64,000 bases of DNA from an uncultured Clostridia bacterium. GTDB taxonomy: Bacteria > Bacillota > Clostridia > TANB77 > CAG-508. Positions 8,936-18,585 of the stretch are shown in pieces. Every line of letters starts with the position of its first letter. The first letter of the stretch is position 1. Below the pieces are notes generated by a model. The model did no database searches. It was not told where the DNA came from and saw only the letters and a program-made list of their open reading frames with translations. The translations under genes were made by a program, and so were the position numbers. The stretch is taken from assembly GCA_934168365.1 (NCBI GenBank), contig CAKPNJ010000001.1, positions 20,967 to 84,966 on the forward strand, in the 5' to 3' direction.

Positions 8936-10588
8936 ATGGATTATAAAGATTTAGCAAATTTAATATTTCCAAATGCAAAACCAATTTCATATTATGAGGA
9001 AAAATATCCAGAAAGAAACTTACCAGAAGGAGCAATGGTAGTACGTTTTGCACCAAGCCCAACAGGTTATGTTCATATTGGAGGATTATACCAAAGCATT
9101 ATATGCACAACACTTGCAAAGCAAACTAAAGGTGTTAGTATATTAAGAATAGAAGATACAGACCAAAAAAGATTGATTGAAAATGGTGTAGTACAAATAG
9201 TAGAAGCAGTTAAAGATTTTGGCATTGTATTTGATGAAGGTATGATAAATGAAACCGAAGAAAAAGGTAATTATGGACCGTATAAACAAAGTGCTAGAAA
9301 GGACATATACCAAGCTTTTGCTAAATATTTAATAGAACAAGGTAGAGCATACCCATGTTTTGCAACACCAGAAGAACTTGATGAAATGCGTAAAAAACAA
9401 GAAGCAGCTAAAATTAGACCTGGTTATTATGGAGTATGGGCAACATACCGTAATTTATCAGTAGAAGAAGCGGCAGAAAAAATAAAAGCTGGTGAACCAT
9501 ATATTGTTAGATTTAAATCTATGGGAAATGAAGAAAGAAAAATAAGACATCATGATGTAATAAAAGGAAATGTTGAATTCCCTGAAAATGATCAAGATAT
9601 AGTTATTATAAAAGCAGATGGTTTACCTACATACCATTTTGCACATGCTGTTGATGATCATCTAATGAGAGTTACACACGTAATTCGTGCTGATGAATGG
9701 CTATCCTCAGTACCACTTCATTTAGAGTTATTTAAAGCACTAGGATTTGCAGTACCTAAATATGCACATACATCAGCGATATTAAAAGATGATGAAGGTA
9801 AAAAACGAAAAATTAGTAAACGTAAAGACCCAGAAGCAGCAGTTAGTTACTATCATGAAGAAGGTATACCAGCAGAAGCTGTATATCAATATTTATTAAA
9901 TATAGCAAATTCAAACTTTGAAACATGGAAAAGATCAAACCCTGATAAAAATATATCAGAATTTGATTTTGAGCTTAACAAAATGAGCGTAAGCGGAGCA
10001 ATTTTTGATATGATAAAATTATTAGACATATCAAAAAATGTTATATCTACATATTCTAAAGAAAGAGTATATGAAGATTCTTTAAACTGGGCAAAACGTT
10101 ATGACAAAGAACTTGAAGAAATGTTACAAGATAAAGAATATGCTTTAAAAGTATTTGGAATTGAAAGAGGAACAGCTAAGCCTAGAAAAGATATAGCTAA
10201 ATGGGCAGAAATAAAAAATGCAATTTATTATATGTATGATGAAAAATTCTTTAGTATAGACAATAGCTTTGAATATGCTAAAATAAATGATAAAGAAGAA
10301 ATCAAAAAAATATTATCATTATACCTAGAAAAATATTTTGATATAAATGATGATAAACAAACATGGTTTGATAAAATAAAAGATTTATCAGAAGAATTAG
10401 AATATGCTAGAGAAGTAAAAATGTTTAAACAAGAACCTGAAAAATGGAAAGCACATGTAGGAGATGTTAGTACAGTATTAAGAGTTTCATTAACAGGAAG
10501 ACAACAAACACCAGACTTATATGAAATTATGCAAGTATTGGGAAAAGAAAGCGTAGAAAAAAGATTTAAAAATATAATTGAAAAATAA
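8936..10588 (+). CDS. gltX: Glutamate--tRNA ligase (long clostridial-type form)
   Basis: RFAPSPTGYVHIGG (HIGH motif) and KISKRK (KMSKS motif), class I Glx-type catalytic core, 550 aa. Confidence 0.85.
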   Translation: MDYKDLANLIFPNAKPISYYEEKYPERNLPEGAMVVRFAPSPTGYVHIGGLYQSIICTTLAKQTKGVSILRIEDTDQKRLIENGVVQIVEAVKDFGIVFDEGMINETEEKGNYGPYKQSARKDIYQAFAKYLIEQGRAYPCFATPEELDEMRKKQEAAKIRPGYYGVWATYRNLSVEEAAEKIKAGEPYIVRFKSMGNEERKIRHHDVIKGNVEFPENDQDIVIIKADGLPTYHFAHAVDDHLMRVTHVIRADEWLSSVPLHLELFKALGFAVPKYAHTSAILKDDEGKKRKISKRKDPEAAVSYYHEEGIPAEAVYQYLLNIANSNFETWKRSNPDKNISEFDFELNKMSVSGAIFDMIKLLDISKNVISTYSKERVYEDSLNWAKRYDKELEEMLQDKEYALKVFGIERGTAKPRKDIAKWAEIKNAIYYMYDEKFFSIDNSFEYAKINDKEEIKKILSLYLEKYFDINDDKQTWFDKIKDLSEELEYAREVKMFKQEPEKWKAHVGDVSTVLRVSLTGRQQTPDLYEIMQVLGKESVEKRFKNIIEK

Positions 10589-10604
10589 AAAGGAGTGAGT
10601 TCCT

Positions 10605-10781
10605 ATGGAATATAATGTAGGTGATATTGTTAGAACCAAAAAACAACATCCTTGTGGAAGTAAACTGTGGGAATTGACTAGAGTAGGTGTTGATTTTAAA
10701 ATGAAATGTTTAGGATGTGGACATATAGTTGTTTTAGAACGTCCTAAAGCATTGAAAGCAATAACTAAAAAAGAAAGTTAA
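10605..10781 (+). CDS. Small DUF951-like protein (58 aa)
   Basis: MEYNVGDIVRTKKQHPCGSKLWELTRVGVDFKMKCLGCGHIVVLERPK: an HPCG...CxxC small-protein pattern. RBS aaggag. Not in the ORF track because it is under 60 aa. Confidence 0.6.
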   Translation: MEYNVGDIVRTKKQHPCGSKLWELTRVGVDFKMKCLGCGHIVVLERPKALKAITKKES

Positions 10782-10789
10782 AAAAACTT

Positions 10790-10818
10790 AGAGGGTGGTT
10801 TATTAAAAACCACCCTCT
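10790..10818. terminator. Bidirectional terminator hairpin
   Basis: agagggtggtt-tattaaa-aaccaccctct has A-run and T-run flanks and lies between convergent genes. Confidence 0.8.
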
Positions 10819-10835
10819 TTAAAAGGTTATTCGAC

Positions 10836-11075
10836 TTAGATGTGACACAAATAGGGTAAAGCCCCATCCAAAGACATCAAGAACTCCTTAATTTTATGAT
10901 CACGAGCACTATCTCTAGAGCTCATAAAAAACACGGTATTGCCCTTCACGTGATTAAAATCGTGAGCATTTGCACGAACTCCCTGATAAAAATTAGATTT
11001 CGTGGCAATTAAAGCGGCTTTGGCAAGTTTTTCGGATGCAAAACTTACCATTATAAAATTCCGGAGCTTACTCAT
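10836..11075 (-). CDS. Hypothetical small protein (79 aa)
   Basis: The Met in MSKLRNFIMVSF... is preceded by ggagg at 8-nt spacing. The upstream part of the 109-aa track ORF has no RBS. No family recognised. Confidence 0.4.
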   Translation of the reverse strand: MSKLRNFIMVSFASEKLAKAALIATKSNFYQGVRANAHDFNHVKGNTVFFMSSRDSARDHKIKEFLMSLDGALPYLCHI

Positions 11076-11198
11076 AGTCAAATCCTCCAATATAAAATTT
11101 GCTCTTATTAAGAGCGTGTACTTATTATAATACTTTAGGAGTAAATAGTCAATGAAAAACGACAAAATATGCTGTATTTTGTCGATTTTATTAAAAAA

Positions 11199-11780
11199 TT
11201 ATATATTTTTTTCTATTTCTTCCCAAACTCTGTCTGTATATATTTTTCTCTCGCTAGAACATGGAAGGAATGCAATATCTTTTAATGGATTTAAAACATT
11301 TTGCAAATTAGTTACAGCAGTATCCACCTTTGTAACAGCTATTTTATCTGCCTTATTTGCAATAACAATACAAGGTAAATTAGTTTTAAAAATGTAATCA
11401 TACATAAGTTTATCGTTAGCAGTAGGGTCATGTCGAATGTCTATTAAAAATATTATCAAAGAAATATTTTTACTTTTTTGTAGGTATTCTTCAATAAAAG
11501 TTCCAACTTTTGCTTGTTCCTGTTTAGACATTTTACTAAAACCATAACCAGGCAAATCAACTAAATAAAACTTTTCGTCCATATTATAAAAATTTATTTG
11601 TCTTGTTTTACCAGGTTCACTACTAGTTCTAGCCAACTTTTTACGATTAACTAATGTATTTATAAAACTAGACTTTCCAACATTAGACTTTCCAACCAAT
11701 ACAACTTGGGGTAATCCATCATCAGGATATTGCTTAGGACTAACTGCAGAAATTCTAAATTCTGGATTTTTAATGAACAT
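11199..11780 (-). CDS. engB: Ribosome-biogenesis GTPase EngB/YsxC (YihA)
   Basis: G1 GKSNVGKSS, DLPGYG and NKADK motifs; 193 aa from MFIKNPEF. The start overlaps the serS stop by 11 nt, which implies translational coupling. Confidence 0.85.
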   Translation of the reverse strand: MFIKNPEFRISAVSPKQYPDDGLPQVVLVGKSNVGKSSFINTLVNRKKLARTSSEPGKTRQINFYNMDEKFYLVDLPGYGFSKMSKQEQAKVGTFIEEYLQKSKNISLIIFLIDIRHDPTANDKLMYDYIFKTNLPCIVIANKADKIAVTKVDTAVTNLQNVLNPLKDIAFLPCSSERKIYTDRVWEEIEKNI

Positions 11781-13062
11781 TTTTAACCTCCAAAACCTTA
11801 GTTCCACCCATATATGGCCATAAAACTTCAGGAATTTTAACACTTCCATCTTCTTGATAATTATTTTCAAGTAAAGCAATTAACATACGAGGTGGGGCAA
11901 CAACTGTATTGTTCAAAGTATGAGCAAAATAATTTTGTTTTTCTCCCTTAATTCTAATACCTAAACGTCTAGCTTGAGCATCAGTTAAGTTAGAACAGCT
12001 ACCAACTTCAAAGTATTTTTGTTGTCTAGGGCTCCAAGCCTCAACGTCACAGCTCTTAGCCTTTAAGTCAGCTAAGTCACCACTGCAACATTCAAGAGTA
12101 CGAACTGGAATATCTAAGCTTCTAAATAATTCAACTGTATATGACCATAATTTATCATACCAATTCCAGCTATCTTCAGGCTCACACACAACAATCATTT
12201 CTTGCTTTTCAAATTGGTGAATACGGTAAACACCACGTTCTTCAATACCATGAGCACCTTTTTCTTTTCTAAAACAAGGAGAATATGATGTCATTGTATA
12301 AGGAATTCTATCTTTTGGAAGAATTTGATCTTTAAATTTGCCTATCATAGAATGTTCACTTGTACCAATTAAATACAAATCTTCTCCTTCAATTTTATAC
12401 ATCATAGCATCCATTTCCTCAAAGCTCATAACACCAGTTACAACACTGCTACGAATCATAAAAGGTGGAACACAATAAGTAAACCCTTTATTTATCATAA
12501 AATCTCTAGCATAAGAAATAACTGCAGAATGAAGTCTAGCAATATCACCCATTAAATAATAGAATCCATTACCAGCAACTCTACGAGCAGCATCCAAGTC
12601 AATGCCTTCAAATGCTTCCATAATATCTGTATGATATGGAATTTCATAACTTGGAACAACTGGCTCTCCAAACTTTTGAATTTCAACATTTTCACTATCA
12701 TCTTTACCAACTGGAACAGACTCATGAATAATGTTAGGAATTTTCATCATTTTCTCTTGAATTTTAGCAGAATATTCCTCTTCAAGTTTCTCATTTTCAA
12801 GTAATTTATTATTAATTTCTTGTACCTGAGCCTTTATACCTTCTGCCTCATCTTTTTTACCTTGTCTCATTAAATTACCAATTTCACTACTTAATGAATT
12901 TCTTTTGCTTCTTAACTCATCACCATTTAATTTTGCTTCACGATTTTTAGTATCTAATTCGAGAATTTCGTCAACCAATGGTAATTTGTAATCTTGAAAT
13001 TTCTTCTTAATATTTTCCTTAACTACATCCGGATTTTCTCTTAAAAATTTAATATCTATCAT
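11770..13062 (-). CDS. serS: Serine--tRNA ligase
   Basis: N-terminal coiled-coil arm MIDIKFLRENPD...; class II motifs; FEKQEM and TLNNTVVAPPR signatures; 430 aa. Confidence 0.95.
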   Translation of the reverse strand: MIDIKFLRENPDVVKENIKKKFQDYKLPLVDEILELDTKNREAKLNGDELRSKRNSLSSEIGNLMRQGKKDEAEGIKAQVQEINNKLLENEKLEEEYSAKIQEKMMKIPNIIHESVPVGKDDSENVEIQKFGEPVVPSYEIPYHTDIMEAFEGIDLDAARRVAGNGFYYLMGDIARLHSAVISYARDFMINKGFTYCVPPFMIRSSVVTGVMSFEEMDAMMYKIEGEDLYLIGTSEHSMIGKFKDQILPKDRIPYTMTSYSPCFRKEKGAHGIEERGVYRIHQFEKQEMIVVCEPEDSWNWYDKLWSYTVELFRSLDIPVRTLECCSGDLADLKAKSCDVEAWSPRQQKYFEVGSCSNLTDAQARRLGIRIKGEKQNYFAHTLNNTVVAPPRMLIALLENNYQEDGSVKIPEVLWPYMGGTKVLEVKNVH

Positions 13063-13094
13063 AACTTTACCTCTATAATATAAATTACCAATTT

Positions 13095-13123
13095 ATTATA
13101 GCAAACAATTTTGCAAAAATCAA
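13095..13123 (-). promoter_or_regulatory. Putative sigma-A promoter of serS
   Basis: The minus strand reads TTGATT, 17 nt, TATAAT. The leader is too short for a T-box. Confidence 0.45.
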
Positions 13124-13199
13124 TATTTCTTAAAGCATAACGCATAAATTGGAAATTAGTGTATATAATGTTTATGAGAAACCAAAAAGGAGACAAGTA

Positions 13200-13475
13200 A
13201 TGTTTGAAGAATATCAAAAAGAAACAAATATAAAAGACAAGACTGATGAAGATAAAAAGGTAGAACTTATAATGAGTTTAATAAAAGCAAAAAAAGAATT
13301 GAATTTAGCAACTAAAAATTTTGAAACAGCAGAAGAAGGTTTAGTGGACTATTATGTATATCAAATTAAAGCTAGTAAAAGTAAAGTGGATTTTTTAGTA
13401 AATAAAGCGAGGGATAGGGGATTATCATTAAATATGATAGAAGAAATTTATTTCAAAAAAAATCAAGTAGGATAA
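13200..13475 (+). CDS. YaaL-like protein (DUF2508)
   Basis: The ATG follows RBS aaaggaga. A helical 91-aa protein with the LVDYYVYQIKASKSK pattern, lying immediately upstream of bofA as in the Bacillus yaaL-bofA pair. Confidence 0.5.
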   Translation: MFEEYQKETNIKDKTDEDKKVELIMSLIKAKKELNLATKNFETAEEGLVDYYVYQIKASKSKVDFLVNKARDRGLSLNMIEEIYFKKNQVG

Positions 13476-13529
13476 GTAATATTTGTCCAATTTTTATCAT
13501 ACATATTACTAAAGGAATGGTGATAAAAA

Positions 13530-13790
13530 TTGGACTTTTCTAATGCTTTAGTTATTTTAGGATGTATAGTAGTTTTGTGGATTATTGGAAAAATATTTTC
13601 AGTTCCATTAAAAGCATTGTTTAAACTAATAGTAAACTCTGTTTTAGGTGGATTACTAATATTTATAATAAACTTAATAGGTTCAGCATGGGGATTTCAT
13701 ATAGGGCTAAATGTTGTTACAGCAGTATTAGTAGGCCTTTTAGGAATTCCTGGGGCGATACTGCTAATCATACTAAAACTATTCATCTAA
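13530..13790 (+). CDS. bofA: Pro-sigma-K processing inhibitor BofA
   Basis: 86-aa two-TM protein with the C-terminal ...GLNVVTAVLVGLLGIPGAILLIIL signature of BofA. TTG start. Confidence 0.7.
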   Translation: MDFSNALVILGCIVVLWIIGKIFSVPLKALFKLIVNSVLGGLLIFIINLIGSAWGFHIGLNVVTAVLVGLLGIPGAILLIILKLFI

Positions 13791-13794
13791 AAAA

Positions 13795-13835
13795 GGTGAC
13801 TATGGGGACGGGGTCAAAAAGCACCCATAGTCACC
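13795..13835. terminator. Bidirectional terminator hairpin carrying a copy of the GGGGACGGGGTCAAAAAGCACCC repeat core
   Basis: ggtgactatgg ... ccatagtcacc stem flanked by aaaaa / ttttt. The loop plus part of the stem (13802..13826) is identical over 25 nt to 56799..56823. Confidence 0.7.
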
Positions 13836-13843
13836 TTTTTAGT

Positions 13844-15676
13844 TTATTCAACTGTAACTGATTTAGCTAAGTTTCTTGGTTTATCAACATCTAATCCTTT
13901 ATTTTTTGCAATGTAGTAAGAAAGCAATTGAAGTGGAATAACAGAAAGGATAGGTGAGATAAGGCTATTAGTTTCAGGTATATTTATAACATAATTAAAT
14001 GAGCCACTTGCTAATTTTTGGTTTGTAACAACTAAAGTTTTAGCACCTCTTGTTATAACCTCTTGAATATTACTAATAGATTTTTCAACTAAATTAGGAT
14101 CTGTTAAAATACTAATTACAGTTATACCATTTTCAATTAAAGCAATAGGTCCATGTTTTAATTCGCCAGAAGCATATGCCTCAGAATGAATATATGAAAT
14201 TTCTTTTAATTTCAAAGAACCTTCCATTGCAACATTGTAATCAGTACCTCTACCTAAAAAGTACATATCATGCTCAGTATATACTTTGTTAGCAAACTCT
14301 TTAATAGCATCTGTTTCATCTAACATGGCTTCAACTTTAGCAGGTAAATCTAAAATATCAGCTTTTAATTTTTCAATTCCACCATATGATCCTAAAACTT
14401 CAGCAAAATACATAGCTAAAATTACCATTAACACAACTTGTGAAGTATACGCTTTTGTAGAAGCTACAGCAATTTCAGGACCGGCATGAGTATATATTGT
14501 ATAATCAGCCTCACGAGTAATTGAACTTCCAATTACATTCGAAACAGCTAATGTTTTAGCACCTTTAGCCTTAGCAAGTTTTAAAGCTGCAATTGTATCA
14601 GCAGTTTCGCCAGATTGACTAATATAGATACAAAGTGTTTTATCATCTATAATTGGGTCACGATAACGGAACTCAGATGCAATATCAACTACAGTAGGAA
14701 TTTTGCAAAGTTTTTCAATTGCATTTTTTCCGACTAAACCTGCATGCATAGCTGTACCACAAGCAACAATATATATCTTATTTATTTTCTCTAAATATTC
14801 TTTTGAAATGTCTATGTCATCAAAACTGCATTTTTCTCCAAGTTTAAATCTAGAACCAATGGTCTCACGAATTGCAGTTGGTTGTTCAAATATTTCTTTT
14901 AACATATAATCTTCATAACCATTTTTCTCTGCTGCAGTAGCATCCCATTCAATATTCTTAATAGCTTTGCTATGAGAAGTTAAGCTATTATCATAAAAAT
15001 CTATATGGTCTTTATAAACAACTGCATACTCTTGGTCATCTAACAAATAAAATTCCTTTGTATATTTTAAAACAGCAGGAATATCTGATGCAATAAAGTT
15101 TTCACTATTTCCTTTTCCTAAAACTAAAGGACTATCTTTTCTAACTACAATAACTCTATCAGGATGTAAGTTAGAAATAATTTCTAGTGCATAACTTCCT
15201 TTTAAATCATCGACTGCAGATTTTACGGCTCTTAAGAATTTGTCATCATCATTTATTCCATTTGTGTAATAGTAATGAATCAAATTAGGAATTATTTCTG
15301 TGTCTGTTTGTGATAAAAAGTAATATCCTTTAGAAGCTAAAAATTCTTTTAATTCATGGTAATTTTCAATAATACCATTGTGCACAACTGCAAATTCACC
15401 GCTATTATCCATATGAGGATGAGAATTTTCTTTTGCAGGTTTTCCATGAGTTGCCCATCTTGTATGTGCAATACCAATAGTAGATTTTAAATCATTTATA
15501 CCATCAATTGCTTCTAAATTTGCAACTCTTCCTTTATCTTTCATTACAGTAATTTTGCCGTCTTCGATAACAGCAATACCAGCAGAGTCATAACCTCTGT
15601 ATTCTAAACATAATAAACCATTTATTAAAACTGGAGTGGCTTTTTTGTCTCCTATATAACCTATAATGCCACACAT
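13844..15676 (-). CDS. glmS: Glutamine--fructose-6-phosphate aminotransferase
   Basis: MCGIIGY N-terminal nucleophile, two SIS domains and the C-terminal ...NLAKSVTVE; 610 aa. Confidence 0.95.
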   Translation of the reverse strand: MCGIIGYIGDKKATPVLINGLLCLEYRGYDSAGIAVIEDGKITVMKDKGRVANLEAIDGINDLKSTIGIAHTRWATHGKPAKENSHPHMDNSGEFAVVHNGIIENYHELKEFLASKGYYFLSQTDTEIIPNLIHYYYTNGINDDDKFLRAVKSAVDDLKGSYALEIISNLHPDRVIVVRKDSPLVLGKGNSENFIASDIPAVLKYTKEFYLLDDQEYAVVYKDHIDFYDNSLTSHSKAIKNIEWDATAAEKNGYEDYMLKEIFEQPTAIRETIGSRFKLGEKCSFDDIDISKEYLEKINKIYIVACGTAMHAGLVGKNAIEKLCKIPTVVDIASEFRYRDPIIDDKTLCIYISQSGETADTIAALKLAKAKGAKTLAVSNVIGSSITREADYTIYTHAGPEIAVASTKAYTSQVVLMVILAMYFAEVLGSYGGIEKLKADILDLPAKVEAMLDETDAIKEFANKVYTEHDMYFLGRGTDYNVAMEGSLKLKEISYIHSEAYASGELKHGPIALIENGITVISILTDPNLVEKSISNIQEVITRGAKTLVVTNQKLASGSFNYVINIPETNSLISPILSVIPLQLLSYYIAKNKGLDVDKPRNLAKSVTVE

Positions 15677-15694
15677 AAAAATATACCTCCTTAA

Positions 15695-15868
15695 AATTTA
15701 AAGTAAGGCATACAAATTAAAGCGTACTCATATTAAATTTGTTATATTATATTACTATAATTTTTTTGTTAATATGTAATGGCAGTAACGCATGCCATAG
15801 AGCCATCCGCCGAATCTTTCGATAAACTCTAACCTCGTCAACAGTGTATAAACACTGTCCTGGCGCTA
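15695..15868 (-). ncRNA. glmS ribozyme: glmS ribozyme (GlcN6P-dependent self-cleaving leader)
   Basis: The minus strand reads AGCGCCAGGACAGUGUUUAUACACUGUUGACGAGGUUAGAGUUUAUCGAAAGAUUCGGCGGAUGGCUCUAUGGCAUGCG.... This matches the conserved AGCGCCAG...GACGAGG...AUCGAA...UCGGCGGAUG core, directly upstream of glmS. The 3' boundary is approximate. Confidence 0.85.
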
Positions 15869-15923
15869 AATATATACAACCCTCCTAAAGGATATTTTTT
15901 TAATTTGTATTCCTAGTGCTAAT

Positions 15924-15952
15924 ATATTACTATAAAATGCAAAATGTGTCAA
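15924..15952 (-). promoter_or_regulatory. Putative glmS promoter
   Basis: The minus strand reads TTGACA, 17 nt, TAATAT, about 55 nt upstream of the ribozyme cleavage site. Confidence 0.5.
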
Positions 15953-15987
15953 ATTTTATTTTTTTATATCACAATAAGTAATATATA

Positions 15988-16016
15988 TTGAAAGCAAAAT
16001 AAAAATATGATATAAT
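15988..16016 (+). promoter_or_regulatory. Putative promoter of the LysR-radical SAM gene
   Basis: TTGAAA, 17 nt, TATAAT, about 40 nt upstream of the start codon. Confidence 0.5.
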
Positions 16017-16057
16017 GCAAAACAACAACATAAATAAAATTTATAAATAGGAGATAG

Positions 16058-17893
16058 ATGATGGAAGAATTAAATAATATAGATTTGAATCTATGTAAAT
16101 CATTTGTAGCTGTGGCAAAATCTGGTAGCATATCTAAAGCGGCAGATATGTTGTATGTATCACAACCGGCTGTCAGTCGTAATATAAAAATATTAGAGGA
16201 CAGATTGGAATGTAAATTGTTTAACCGTACAGCAAAAGGTGTTGAACTTACTGCTGATGCTCAGAAACTTATGTATTATATGGAAAATGCATACAATACA
16301 ATAAAAACTGGATTTAAAGTTCTAAATGATTCAAATGATTTATTAAAAGGAGAAGTTAGAATAGGAGTACCGACGCATATTTGCATCTTTTTAGTTTCAG
16401 ATATAATAGAAGCTTTTAATAAAAACTATCCAGGAATAAAATTTTCTATTGTTAATAGATCAACTACAGAAATGGTTGATATGTTAGAAAAAAGAGAGCT
16501 GGATGTAATAATAGATAGCTATCCAATAGAAAGTTCACGAGAAGACATTGTGGTGGATGATTTAATAGAGGTAGATAATTGTTTCGTAGCTAGTAATAAG
16601 TATGCAAAGTTAATAAGTAATAGTAAAGCAATAAGCATAAATGAACTATCACAATATCCTTTGCTGTTACAACAAGCTAAAACAAGTACAAGAAAAGCTC
16701 TGGATAATATATTAGGAGGTTCTCTAGAGATATTTGAACCTAACATTGAAGTTGCAACAACAGAAGTAATGTTGGATCTTGTAAAAAAGGGACTGGGAAT
16801 AGGGTATTTTACCAAGATGTCTGTTATGGATAAGTTACAATCAGGGGAACTTATAGAAATACCAATAAAAGAAGAATTACCAAAAACTAAAATTGGTATA
16901 GTATATATTAAAGAATTCCTAACAAGTGCACCTAAAAAATTTGTAGAAATAGTTAAAGAAAAAGCTAATATGTTAAATAGTCTTAAGCAAAAAACAATCC
17001 GCTTAATATTATTACAAGACTGTGTGTATAATTGTGAGTTTTGTCATAAAGAAGGAATAAGAACTAAGAAGGAATCTCTTATGACACCAGATGATATTGA
17101 ATACATGTATAGTGTACTAAACAATAGATATGGAATAAAAACAGTTCAATTAACAGGGGGAGAGCCACTATTAAAGGAAAACTTAAAAGAAATAATTACC
17201 AACTTAAAGAAACATGGAGCCAATATAAAAGTAACTACCAATGGATATCTTTTAGAAGATAATATGTGGATAGGGGAAATGGTAGACAAGCTTAATATTT
17301 CTTTACATAGTTTTGATAAAAATAAATATCAGAGTATTTCTACTGTTGAAAATTCATATGAAAAAGTGGTTTCTGCAGTTAAAAAAATGAGGTTTAAATA
17401 TCCAACATTAAAAATAAGCATAAATACAACATTATTAAGGGGAATAAATGATAATTATAATTCTATACAAGAATTGGTAGGCTTTGCTTCTTCAATAAAA
17501 GCAGATTTGAAAATTGTAGAGGTATATCCAAAAAATTCAAAATATTATACAAGTATATATAAAATAGAGCCTTTAATCAAGCAGATGGGGTATAAGAATA
17601 TAAAAGATAGTTTTAGAAAAAAATTATTTTCTAACGGAATTCACAACATTTTTTTACAAAGATGTACTTGCAGTATTATATCTGAACAAAGTGATAAAAC
17701 TGAACTTTGCAAGGAACATAATGATTTATATATTAGTCAAGATGGAAAAGTTAATTTATGTAGAGCTGCAAATGATACTATAGATTTATATTATTCTATA
17801 AAAGAGAGAGATGATAATGAACTTGCAAGTAAAATAAAAAAAGCCTACGAAGAAATGGGAGGTAGATGTATATGTCAGGTGGAACAGAAATAG
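16058..17893 (+). CDS. Fusion protein: LysR-family regulator (HTH plus substrate-binding domain) joined to a MoaA-like radical SAM domain
   Basis: Residues 1-300 carry the LysR HTH (SISKAADMLYVSQPAVSRNIKILE) and a periplasmic-binding-like effector domain. Residues about 315-611 carry CVYNCEFC (CX3CX2C), LTGGEPLL, a second Cys cluster CTCSIISEQSDKTELC, and LYISQDGKVNLC, which resembles the MoaA RLTADGKL..C tail. It is a single uninterrupted ORF. Confidence 0.8.
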   Translation: MMEELNNIDLNLCKSFVAVAKSGSISKAADMLYVSQPAVSRNIKILEDRLECKLFNRTAKGVELTADAQKLMYYMENAYNTIKTGFKVLNDSNDLLKGEVRIGVPTHICIFLVSDIIEAFNKNYPGIKFSIVNRSTTEMVDMLEKRELDVIIDSYPIESSREDIVVDDLIEVDNCFVASNKYAKLISNSKAISINELSQYPLLLQQAKTSTRKALDNILGGSLEIFEPNIEVATTEVMLDLVKKGLGIGYFTKMSVMDKLQSGELIEIPIKEELPKTKIGIVYIKEFLTSAPKKFVEIVKEKANMLNSLKQKTIRLILLQDCVYNCEFCHKEGIRTKKESLMTPDDIEYMYSVLNNRYGIKTVQLTGGEPLLKENLKEIITNLKKHGANIKVTTNGYLLEDNMWIGEMVDKLNISLHSFDKNKYQSISTVENSYEKVVSAVKKMRFKYPTLKISINTTLLRGINDNYNSIQELVGFASSIKADLKIVEVYPKNSKYYTSIYKIEPLIKQMGYKNIKDSFRKKLFSNGIHNIFLQRCTCSIISEQSDKTELCKEHNDLYISQDGKVNLCRAANDTIDLYYSIKERDDNELASKIKKAYEEMGGRCICQVEQK

Positions 17894-18444
17894 AAAGAGA
17901 AGTTAGATATAAGATAGATGAAGAAATTAAAAATAAAATTATAAATTCGTCTTGTTCAATAGAAAAAGCAACTCAATGTGTAGATTTATGTATGGGTCAA
18001 TATGGATTTGATTCATTAGAAAAATTAGGATACATTATTCGCCTTAGAAATAAATCAAATAAATGCATAATTGAGTCTAAAAGAAGATTAGATGATAATT
18101 CTTGGAGTGAGTCCAAAATTGTAATTCCTACAATGAAAGATGGGTATGATTTTTTAAAGAACATTGAATTACAGCCATATTTGTATATAAATAGAATTAG
18201 AGAAGTAAGAGAGATTGATATTGCAAAGGTATATATAGATGAGCTAGAGATACTGGGAGACTTTGTTGAGTTTGAATTAAAAGAGGGATATGAATTCAAA
18301 GATTTAGATGAATATTTAAAAAGAATTGGGATAAATAACAAGCCGGAAAAATTATATGGAGATATATTTAAAGAAAAAGCAAAAGATCCAAAATTTAATG
18401 AAATATTAAATAATACAATTAATAATTTTTTAGATGTAAAATAA
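17866..18444 (+). CDS. CYTH-domain protein (CyaB / class IV adenylyl cyclase / triphosphatase-like)
   Basis: N-terminal EIEREVRYKI (the ExExK signature), then IIRLRNKS...IIESKRR and VYIDELEILGDFVEFEL (compare V.LD.V..LG.F.EIE). It overlaps the upstream stop by 28 nt. The start may be the ATG at 17872. Confidence 0.75.
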   Translation: MYMSGGTEIEREVRYKIDEEIKNKIINSSCSIEKATQCVDLCMGQYGFDSLEKLGYIIRLRNKSNKCIIESKRRLDDNSWSESKIVIPTMKDGYDFLKNIELQPYLYINRIREVREIDIAKVYIDELEILGDFVEFELKEGYEFKDLDEYLKRIGINNKPEKLYGDIFKEKAKDPKFNEILNNTINNFLDVK

Positions 18445-18453
18445 TTAAGATTT

Positions 18454-18482
18454 GAAAATGCCAAATGGCATTTTCTTTTTTG
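18454..18482 (+). terminator. Rho-independent terminator after the CYTH gene
   Basis: gaaaatgcca-aa-tggcattttc followed by ttttttt. Confidence 0.75.
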
Positions 18483-18521
18483 ATATAAATTTCACTTATA
18501 TAATATATAAAATATTTGTAT

Positions 18522-18550
18522 TTGTATTTAAGGAATATTGCTAATATAAT
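18522..18550 (+). promoter_or_regulatory. Putative promoter of the oxidoreductase-Nudix pair
   Basis: TTGTAT, 17 nt, TATAAT. Confidence 0.45.
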
Positions 18551-18585
18551 ACTGCTATAGAGTTTTTACAAGGGAGGATACTCGT

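Noticed and set aside
11152-11397. 81-aa plus-strand ORF overlapping engB.
   Set aside because: It is antisense to the conserved GTPase gene, has no RBS and is hydrophobic low-complexity sequence.
13063-13148. Looked for T-box leaders upstream of serS (and of gltX at 8879..8935).
   Set aside because: The intergenic regions are only about 86 nt and 57 nt. They contain a plausible promoter but no specifier-loop or T-box (AAUUAGGGUGGNACCGCG-like) sequence and no terminator/antiterminator pair.
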